The notes under the pieces: model-generated
Seen by the model: the letters and a program-made list of their open reading frames with translations, nothing else
Told to the model about the DNA's origin: nothing
The model's database searches: none
Program-made: the position numbers and the translations under genes
Source: a bacterium
GTDB lineage: Bacteria; Patescibacteriota; Minisyncoccia; Minisyncoccales; GWA2-46-15
Direction of reading: 5' to 3'
Assembly (NCBI GenBank): GCA_043798775.1
Contig: JAZDOL010000052.1
Coordinates: 1 to 31,582, forward strand
Length of the DNA stretch: 31,582 nt
Part shown: one piece after another, positions 1 through 6,123 of the stretch
Layout of the letters: every line of letters starts with the position of its first letter
Position numbering within the stretch: position 1 is the first letter of the stretch

Positions 1-1103
1 TCTTCCCCCGTTAATCTGGTCTCGATTGTCACCTTGCTTCCTTTGTAAACGGTTGTCGGCTGGGTTTCGTTCAGTTGGTAGTATTTGTTCTTATATCTCA
101 CCACATAATCGTTGCCGACCGTCCTCTCTTCTTGGAGGGAGAATACTTGGTCGAGATCTATTCGTTCTCCTATCTGCCGGTGCAAGTCTGTCTTATTCTT
201 CGCAACAACGCTGAACTTGGCGTTAAATTTAGGAATGAACTCTTCGTTCAAAAATCGATTGGCTTCTTCTGCGTTTCTAATATTCCTAAATCGTAATTCT
301 CTGACCAATCTTCCTTGCAGTGTTCCGTTCATCTTCTCCACTCGACCTTTGGCCTCCGGGCTATTGGCGGTAATCAATTTAATTCCTATTTCCTTTGTCG
401 CTCTCTGGAACTGAGTCAGCAAATCCTTATTATCCACCGCGTTTTTGTGGTTAATTTTGTAGGTCGAGAACTTGTCGAGATAAATCGTCAAAGGTCGGCC
501 ACGGCGCTCGATGTATTCCTTCCAAAACCTGAATACCGCCAACACCGATTCGTTATCCTTGAACATGGCGCCGGTAATCTTGCCAGTGGCATCATCGACC
601 GCGAGCAGAAGACATTGCTCTTCCTTTGTCGAAAACCAGTGATGATAACTGCCGTCAAACTGTTCCATCTCTCCGTAACTGTCCTTTCTTTCTCTCTGCG
701 AGAAGTATTGCGGCTTCTTTCTCGCCTTGCGTTTCCAGAGACCCTCCTTAATCATCAGTTGTCTTATTGTTTCTTTGTTGGTTTTAATATTGTCATCATC
801 TTCCAAGTGTTCTTTGGCCAAAAGCGGGTTGAAGTAGGGATACTTCTTGTGAAGCAGAGAGACGATCTTATCCCTGATCTTGTCGGCCAATTTCCGGTTG
901 CCCGTCTTGCCTCTGTTTCCATGGATTATTCCTTTGGGGCCGAGGGTAATGACACTTCTCTTTAATCTGCGAGCCTGCCTGACAGATAATCCTATTTGCT
1001 TTCCGGCTTCGGTTCCGTTGATCTTTTTGTCGATTAGATTACTGATGATTAAAAACCTTTCTGCTTCTCTTTTTGTCATAGTAATTGTTTCTTTTGTGGA
1101 CAT
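1..1103 (-). CDS. IS1202/ISNCY-family DDE transposase, C-terminus runs off the window edge
   Basis: Manual translation from ATG at 1103: MSTKETITMTKREAERFLIISNLIDKKINGTEAGKQIGLSVRQARRLKR...IIHGNRGK (HTH), then EQFDGSYHHWF, YLDKFSTY and SPEAKGRVEKMNGTLQGRL (D-D-E triad). Open to position 1. Absent from the ORF track because it has no stop in the window. Confidence 0.93.
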   Translation of the reverse strand, partial: MSTKETITMTKREAERFLIISNLIDKKINGTEAGKQIGLSVRQARRLKRSVITLGPKGIIHGNRGKTGNRKLADKIRDKIVSLLHKKYPYFNPLLAKEHLEDDDNIKTNKETIRQLMIKEGLWKRKARKKPQYFSQRERKDSYGEMEQFDGSYHHWFSTKEEQCLLLAVDDATGKITGAMFKDNESVLAVFRFWKEYIERRGRPLTIYLDKFSTYKINHKNAVDNKDLLTQFQRATKEIGIKLITANSPEAKGRVEKMNGTLQGRLVRELRFRNIRNAEEANRFLNEEFIPKFNAKFSVVAKNKTDLHRQIGERIDLDQVFSLQEERTVGNDYVVRYKNKYYQLNETQPTTVYKGSKVTIETRLTGE

Positions 1104-1203
1104 ATTTTCGGTAGTTATCAATGATAACTACCGATACCACAAAGAGCGTTACTAGGACATTTCTATCTTGCCCGCACTAGGACATTATCATATTGCCTCA
1201 ACA
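1..1203 (-). mobile_element. IS1202-family (ISNCY) insertion sequence, left part
   Basis: On the minus strand the end begins 5'-TGTTGAGGC at 1203. An 11-bp subterminal repeat ACTAGGACATT occurs at 1151-1161 and 1176-1186. A 27-bp palindrome (1108-1134) precedes the transposase ATG. TGT ends with repeated subterminal sites are typical of this family. Confidence 0.85.
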
Positions 1204-1853
1204 GGGGAATCGAGTAATTGTTGCTTCTGGTATACGATTATCAAATCTTCGCCGATTTCCGTAATTACAAGCTCTTTTCTATCTTCGATAACCCCAAAAC
1301 CGTCGTTCGCTTCTTTTACTAACCGTTCCCTGGTGTAACATTCTTCTCGTTTTGGTTGATTAACGCCATCTTGTTCCGCGATAGCGAACATTAAGCTGTC
1401 CCATGTGTTTTTCAGGTAGTTAGGTTCGGGCTTGACTACCGGATCACAGATCACGAGGTATTTTTTGGCAGATTGATAGCAGTATTTAATAAATACCGAC
1501 CTGTCGGCTGGCTTTAGATGATGAAGGATATCACAGACAACAACAACATCCGCCGGTTTATAATTATTTTGGTCTAAAACATTGCCGACAGATGCGTTAA
1601 CTCCTCTACTTTGGGCGTATTTTACAAACCGATCGTTAGTATCAAATCCGTAATAATTAACAGAAGGGGGCAAGTAATCAACAAGAATTGCCGGTCCACA
1701 TGCCGGTTCTAAAACACTATCGTTATTTTTCGCAAAACTTGCCATAAACCGATAGCGCTTGTCAAAATCAGCTCCATGGATATGTTTCAGCCCCCAAATA
1801 TAAAGTCTGGGGGATTGATAGAAAATGCTTTTTGAGGACATAATTATTTTCAA
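1188..1853 (-). CDS. Class I SAM-dependent methyltransferase
   Basis: VLEPACGPA (motif I), GFDTN (motif II), VVVCDILHHL. The last codons (VEAI*) come from the IS end. The real start may be the ATG at 1841. Confidence 0.85.
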   Translation of the reverse strand: MKIIMSSKSIFYQSPRLYIWGLKHIHGADFDKRYRFMASFAKNNDSVLEPACGPAILVDYLPPSVNYYGFDTNDRFVKYAQSRGVNASVGNVLDQNNYKPADVVVVCDILHHLKPADRSVFIKYCYQSAKKYLVICDPVVKPEPNYLKNTWDSLMFAIAEQDGVNQPKREECYTRERLVKEANDGFGVIEDRKELVITEIGEDLIIVYQKQQLLDSPVEAI

Positions 1854-1905
1854 CGACTACATGAAGCAACCGCAAGGTGAACAAGGATAAAACATGTAGA
1901 TATCG

Positions 1906-2072
1906 AGGCCAAGTCTGACTTGGCCTGCCATTCGAAGCATGACTTAATTTGAGTCCGTTCTTCGCCCTTTGGGCTTCGAAGGACCCTTCTTCTTTCTCTT
2001 AAAATAACCTAATTATTATTTATGTTGGCTCGCCCTTCGTAGCTCGACGTGTTAACGAAGAGCGAAGAAGGG
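1906..2072. repeat. Cluster of REP-like palindromes 3' of tRNA-Gly
   Basis: Perfect palindrome AGGCCAAGTC-T-GACTTGGCCT at 1906-1926. TTCGCCCTTTGGGCTTCGAAGG (~1961-1982) and CCTTCGTAGCTCGA...GAAGAAGGG (~2034-2072) are related to elements at ~3020-3075. Confidence 0.6.
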
Positions 2073-2144
2073 AGCGGGTGAGGGGAATCGAACCCCCGTA
2101 TCTTGATTGGCAATCAAGTGCACTAACCATTATGCTACACCCGC
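2073..2144 (-). tRNA. tRNA-Gly(GCC)
   Basis: Minus strand GCGGGTG-TA-GCATAATGGTTAGTGC-A-CTTGA-TTGCCAA-TCAAG-ATAC-GGGGG-TTCGATT-CCCCT-CACCCGC-T. Full cloverleaf, U73 discriminator, no complete encoded CCA. Confidence 0.96.
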
Positions 2145-2812
2145 GTTTGCGCTCCGCCAAAATATTGAGAAGCGAGACCAATCCAGATAAGGATTTTCTC
2201 TTTAAGTCCTCTACTCAATACACAAACTGTGCACATTCCGTGACTAACTTTCTTGCGAATCATTTTTCCCTTAATGAATTGAGTTTTCCAAAATTGTTCT
2301 TTAGGGATTCCGGTTTGTTCTCTCCAAAATTTATTGCAATCTTCCTCCGATAAATCGGGATAAAGAGTGGTACTTACTATTATTTTTTCCTTTGGAACTT
2401 TGCATATTTCTGACAAGAATCTGATAAACAAAGGCAACATTCTTTCGTCTGTATTCACCAGAGAAACTCTTCCGTTTTCAGCTTTTTTATCGCCTTCTCC
2501 CCAGTAAAGCATTATGCCGGTTATAAACAGAGGATTCGAAGCTAATTCCGGAAATTCTTCCATCGCTTCTTTTCTGTAGGATTCTCTCCATGCTGCCCAC
2601 TTTTGCTTGTTTTTTTCCGCCATTATTCTTATTCGTACATTTGTTTCAATTCTCGCCTTTGCGGTTAAAGTTTCTTTTGTTTTTTCGGACCATGGAACAT
2701 TTCTAAACCAGCAACCGATTGTACTTTTGGGTATGTTAAGTTTTTTCGATATCTCTCGATAGCTGTTCCCATTTCTTCTTAAAATAGTCGCTAACTCTTT
2801 ATCTTTTCTCAT
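2135..2812 (-). CDS. HTH + LAGLIDADG-like domain protein between tRNA genes
   Basis: N-terminal HTH (SYREISKKLNIPKSTIGCWF), then GIMLYWGEGDK, which resembles a single LAGLIDADG helix, followed by VSLVNTDERMLPLFIRFL. The stop codon lies inside the tRNA-Gly 5' end. Confidence 0.75.
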   Translation of the reverse strand: MRKDKELATILRRNGNSYREISKKLNIPKSTIGCWFRNVPWSEKTKETLTAKARIETNVRIRIMAEKNKQKWAAWRESYRKEAMEEFPELASNPLFITGIMLYWGEGDKKAENGRVSLVNTDERMLPLFIRFLSEICKVPKEKIIVSTTLYPDLSEEDCNKFWREQTGIPKEQFWKTQFIKGKMIRKKVSHGMCTVCVLSRGLKEKILIWIGLASQYFGGAQTRV

Positions 2813-2814
2813 GT

Positions 2815-2856
2815 TAGACCATTACTTATACATTTATAGTATAACACATTGGTCTA
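2815..2856 (-). promoter_or_regulatory. Extended -10 promoter enclosed by an inverted repeat
   Basis: Minus-strand TG-T-TATACT (hexamer at 2843-2838), flanked by TAGACCA (2815-2821) and TGGTCTA (2850-2856). Confidence 0.55.
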
Positions 2857-2875
2857 TTTGTGAAAGTTCATTTTT

Positions 2876-2951
2876 TGGTGCCGCGGGTCAGACTTGCACT
2901 GACGACACTATCTTTTTCAGAGATATGCTCTACTACCTGAGCTACCGCGGC
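2876..2951 (-). tRNA. tRNA-Phe(GAA)
   Basis: Minus strand GCCGCGG-TA-GCTC-AGGTAGTA-GAGC-A-TATCT-CTGAAAA-AGATA-GTGTC-GTCAG-TGCAAGT-CTGAC-CCGCGGC-A-CCA. CCA is encoded. Confidence 0.96.
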
Positions 2952-3088
2952 GTGTGTTGCGTTTGTATTAATGATAAGCAATGAATCGGGCGATTGCCTT
3001 GACTTAATATTGCTCGTCCGCCCGTAGCTCGAACGAAGCCCTCCTTCGCCAAGGCTTCGAAGGGTGAAGGGGAAGCTACCGCGGCGTG
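2940..3088. repeat. 15-bp direct repeat AGCTACCGCGGCGTG covering the tRNA-Phe 5' end
   Basis: Identical at 2940-2954 and 3074-3088, bracketing a REP-like palindrome. Confidence 0.8.
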
Positions 3089-3178
3089 ATAAGTTTTACT
3101 TGTTAAATGTCCAACGCATCGATATTTCATATAGACCCATTGATGCCTGTCCGCAGTAGTCCCGCTTAGCGGGACCGC

Positions 3179-3283
3179 GACATATTTTCGGTAGTTATCA
3201 ATGATAACTACCGATACCACAAAGAGCGTTACTAGGACATTTCTATCTTGCCCGCACTAGGACATTATCATATTGCCTCAACA
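3179..3283 (-). mobile_element. Orphan IS1202-family left end, exact 105-bp copy of 1099-1203
   Basis: Base-for-base identity from the terminal ACA through both subterminal repeats and the palindrome to the transposase ATG plus 2 nt. No transposase follows. Confidence 0.93.
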
Positions 3284-3347
3284 ATTTGTCGAGGGGCTTG
3301 CCCCGAGTGGATTCGACGAGCTCACCATTACAACTTTGTCGAAGGAG

Positions 3348-3421
3348 TGGGCGAAAGAGGACTCGAACCTCTGACCTCTTCTGTGTAAGAGAAGCGCTCT
3401 AACCAACTGAGCTACCCGCCC
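3348..3421 (-). tRNA. tRNA-Val(TAC)
   Basis: Minus strand GGGCGGG-TA-GCTC-AGTTGGTTA-GAGC-G-CTTCT-CTTACAC-AGAAG-AGGTC-AGAGG-TTCGAGT-CCTCT-TTCGCCC-A. No encoded CCA. Confidence 0.95.
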
Positions 3422-3460
3422 GTAAGACCCAAGAATCCTTCATGTTACAAAAAATTGTGA

Positions 3461-3500
3461 CAAAAAAGGAAAACGGGCAATATCACGAAGTGATATTGCA
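3461..3500 (-). terminator. Probable intrinsic terminator of the RT gene
   Basis: Perfect 10-bp stem GCAATATCAC/GTGATATTGC (3477-3499) with a 3-nt loop, followed on the minus strand by CCGTTTTCCTTTTTT. Confidence 0.7.
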
Positions 3501-3549
3501 AACCCTAAACCGGAAACAGCCTGCTCCGCGGCATTATATCGTTCCGGCC

Positions 3550-5949
3550 TCAAGTTTTAAGAGCACGCGCCGTTGGCGCGAATCTTGGGTCCGTATTCCC
3601 AATATAGCCGAGAACCCTTCTTCTGGCAATAATTTTTTTTGTGTTTAAAGTAATTCTAACCAGATTAGCCAGGCCGTGATTATTATGCAATTCATCGTTG
3701 GTTAAACGGCGACGATCTCTAAGATGAAATCTTTTATACACGGCGACTCTTATCCTGTCGCATATATAGTCATCGAGTTGGTTAAGGAGGCGGAAATCGT
3801 TAATTCGGGAATAATACCTAATAAATGAATATTGCTGGTTTAAGGCGTATATCAGCCTGTTGATATAATTGATAATCTGGCGAAGGGTTCTTTTCTTATT
3901 TCTTTTTGTCAGTTTAACTATCTTTTTCTTAAATTGGGCAATATTGTATTGGTCAATGGTTATTAGTAATGGCTGGCCATCTTTTTTCTGAAACGAATAG
4001 CCAAGATATTCAACGGAAAAATTTTCATCATTATTTATGTTTGAATACCGTTTTTCATCCCATGCCATATTCAGCTTTTGAAGATAGAGGGCGAATTGGG
4101 TGATAAAGTTTTTATTATTCTTGTCGTAGATTATCAGAAAATCATCGGCAGTTCTTACAAACATTGCCGACAGCGGTTTTATGTAAGAATCGATTAGCGA
4201 CAAATATGTTTCCACGAGAATATTGTTTATCGGTGTACCCCGAGGCAATCCGGCAATGTTTGTTTCTAGAAGACGGTTGAACAAAGAACCGATTATCTGT
4301 TCAATATTACGGTTAACTGACACGCTCTGTAATATTTCCCGAATTATCCGGCGGTCTAGTCGTTCATGAACTCGGCCTAAGTCAATTCGCAGTAAACGAT
4401 AATTGTCTCTATTCTTGTTGAATAATCGCATCAAGCGAATTGCCGAACCAACCTTGCTATATACGCAATCATTTGCCATCAGTAGCTGTGGATATAAAAT
4501 TTTCTTCAAGTACAGATGCGTTGCCCGAAGAGCAATCTTTTCGTTGATGCTGTGGCTTATTATCGGTTTAACAGAGTGTCCGTTTAAATGAGTTTCAGAA
4601 AATGAAATTTGTTTATTTTTCAATAATTCAGACAAACGAATCGAATTCTCTTTTCGATTTACGAAGTACTCTTTCCATAGAGGAGAAGTTGTAGAGGGTC
4701 TAAAATAGTGGATAAAAGATTGTTCCAGCTCTTTGGGTGAAAATAGGCGATCAAAAAAGTTTTTTCTTAAAAGATGGGCCTTCTCCATTCTATGGAATAA
4801 GCAATGCGAGGAGATAAAACCGAAATTATGGAACAAACGATAGGGGGCTTGGCGAATAGCTCTTCCGCTCCACGAACCGGTAATCTTGTGGCGGATGTGG
4901 GAGACTAACCAATCATCGATCTTCGTAAACGGATAATCATTCCCGACTAATACAAAATATTTCATCCGGCTCTTAATTGGGCTTTCGGTTAAAAGATTAT
5001 TAATTTCGTAAAAAAAGAAACTGAATAGGTATCGATTGTCGCCAATACAGTTAAGCGATAACTTGCGGTAGGCTAACTTATTCATTATCGAAAGCAATCG
5101 TCGTTTAATTCTTTTAATCGTTGCTTCCTTGAAATTTATATTGCCATTCTTGAAATAGAAACCGATATAGTCAAAGCCATCTCTTGGCGAAAGTAATTTT
5201 GTCTTTTCTGAAGATAGCGTCAATTCTTGGTCGGATAGCTCTTTAGTAATGGTTCCCATTATCGGTTCGGGATTATTTTTCCCAATAAGAATAATATCGT
5301 CGCCGTACCGATAATAACAAATTGTTTTTTGATTCATATTCCGGTCGAATGGCAGTAAATAAAGGTTTGCTAAATCGTTAACCGGAGAGAGTCCCGTGGG
5401 AAGGCCGGGGCCGGAGAAATTAATCAATCTTTTGATTGTTCTTACGATATTTTTATCTAGGTCGCATTCTTTTCGCGCGTTGTCAACCATTTGCGACATT
5501 TTTTCCTTATTAATTGAGTCGTAGAAGCTTTTAATATCTGCTTTAATCGCCCATTCTCCCAAGCGGTTATCTGAAAAAGCGATTGCCGATCGAATAGCCC
5601 TTAGTATGCCGGCTGGATTATCTTTTTTCTTGCGATAACCGATAACATAGTCCGGCAACATCGGTCCGGTCTTTTCCAATAAGTATTGATGAAGATAAAT
5701 CAGGACCAGTTCGTCTTTCAATGTCGCGCTCTGATAAACAGTGCGATGTTTGCCGTTCTCTTTAGGGACGCGAAAACTTATAAATGGATAAAATTCATAA
5801 TCGCCACTACTTAATGGATCGATAACTTTATCGGTAAGATACTCGTCTTTTAGCGATAAAAAATCTTTGTGGTCGGGAAAAGAAAAAAAACGTTCCGGCT
5901 TGCCGTAAATTGATCTGATTATTCTATGAGCATTATCGATTGTAAGCAT
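3550..5949 (-). CDS. Tandem double reverse transcriptase (RT-RT fusion), group II-like palm and thumb in each half
   Basis: RT1 (aa ~1-395): VPKENGKHR, GYR, ADIKSFYDSI, GLPTG...ANLYL, RYGDD (5307-5296), FDYIGF and a thumb. RT2 (aa ~396-799): LFSPKELEQSF, RIDLGRVHERL, GLPRG...ETYL, RTADD (4152-4141), EYLGY and a thumb with LDDYICDRIR. Confidence 0.92.
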   Translation of the reverse strand: MLTIDNAHRIIRSIYGKPERFFSFPDHKDFLSLKDEYLTDKVIDPLSSGDYEFYPFISFRVPKENGKHRTVYQSATLKDELVLIYLHQYLLEKTGPMLPDYVIGYRKKKDNPAGILRAIRSAIAFSDNRLGEWAIKADIKSFYDSINKEKMSQMVDNARKECDLDKNIVRTIKRLINFSGPGLPTGLSPVNDLANLYLLPFDRNMNQKTICYYRYGDDIILIGKNNPEPIMGTITKELSDQELTLSSEKTKLLSPRDGFDYIGFYFKNGNINFKEATIKRIKRRLLSIMNKLAYRKLSLNCIGDNRYLFSFFFYEINNLLTESPIKSRMKYFVLVGNDYPFTKIDDWLVSHIRHKITGSWSGRAIRQAPYRLFHNFGFISSHCLFHRMEKAHLLRKNFFDRLFSPKELEQSFIHYFRPSTTSPLWKEYFVNRKENSIRLSELLKNKQISFSETHLNGHSVKPIISHSINEKIALRATHLYLKKILYPQLLMANDCVYSKVGSAIRLMRLFNKNRDNYRLLRIDLGRVHERLDRRIIREILQSVSVNRNIEQIIGSLFNRLLETNIAGLPRGTPINNILVETYLSLIDSYIKPLSAMFVRTADDFLIIYDKNNKNFITQFALYLQKLNMAWDEKRYSNINNDENFSVEYLGYSFQKKDGQPLLITIDQYNIAQFKKKIVKLTKRNKKRTLRQIINYINRLIYALNQQYSFIRYYSRINDFRLLNQLDDYICDRIRVAVYKRFHLRDRRRLTNDELHNNHGLANLVRITLNTKKIIARRRVLGYIGNTDPRFAPTARALKT

Positions 5950-5954
5950 AAGAG

Positions 5955-6103
5955 TGTTAGCACTCTAACGCAAGCAAATAGTGGTCTATTACCCGACAAG
6001 CGGACAAGTTCAGGCATCGCGCCCAATTTGCCTGAAAACTTATCGGGCTTTCGATTAAAGGCGCCCCTGAATCGCGCATAGATAAAGGGATAGAGTGCTA
6101 ACA
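5955..6103 (-). ncRNA. Putative RT-associated structured ncRNA (~149 nt)
   Basis: Perfect 13-bp terminal inverted repeat TGTTAGCACTCTA (5955-5967) / TAGAGTGCTAACA (6091-6103). Internal stems CGATT/AATCG, CCCGATAAG/CTTGTCGGG (a G-U pair favours the minus strand), TTCAGGCA/TGCCTGAA and AATAG/CTATT. It ends 5 nt before the RT ATG. Confidence 0.7.
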
Positions 6104-6109
6104 GCTGTT

Positions 6110-6118
6110 ATCATATCA
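6110..6118 (-). promoter_or_regulatory. Extended -10 promoter (TG-A-TATGAT) for the ncRNA-RT unit
   Basis: Minus strand TGATATGAT at 6118-6110. The expected TSS 6-7 nt downstream falls at ~6103-6102, the start of the 13-bp inverted repeat. Confidence 0.55.
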
Positions 6119-6123
6119 CATTG

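Noticed and set aside
26-1155. Plus-strand ORFs 26-214, 75-296, 112-414, 315-965 and 880-1155
   Set aside because: Antisense shadows of the minus-strand transposase, with no motifs.
2078-3648. ORFs 2078-2353, 2942-3220 and 3442-3648
   Set aside because: They overlap tRNAs, repeats, the IS end or the terminator and have no protein features.
5957-6101. CIRCE (HrcA operator): exact half-sites TTAGCACTC and GAGTGCTAA are present in the right orientation
   Set aside because: The spacer is 127 bp instead of 9, no chaperone gene is adjacent, and the repeat extends to 13 bp around a folded interior. An RNA closing stem fits better.
3550-6103. Classic retron
   Set aside because: No VTG or NAxxH motifs, no branching G after the 5' arm, and no effector gene. 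Kept only as an analogy.
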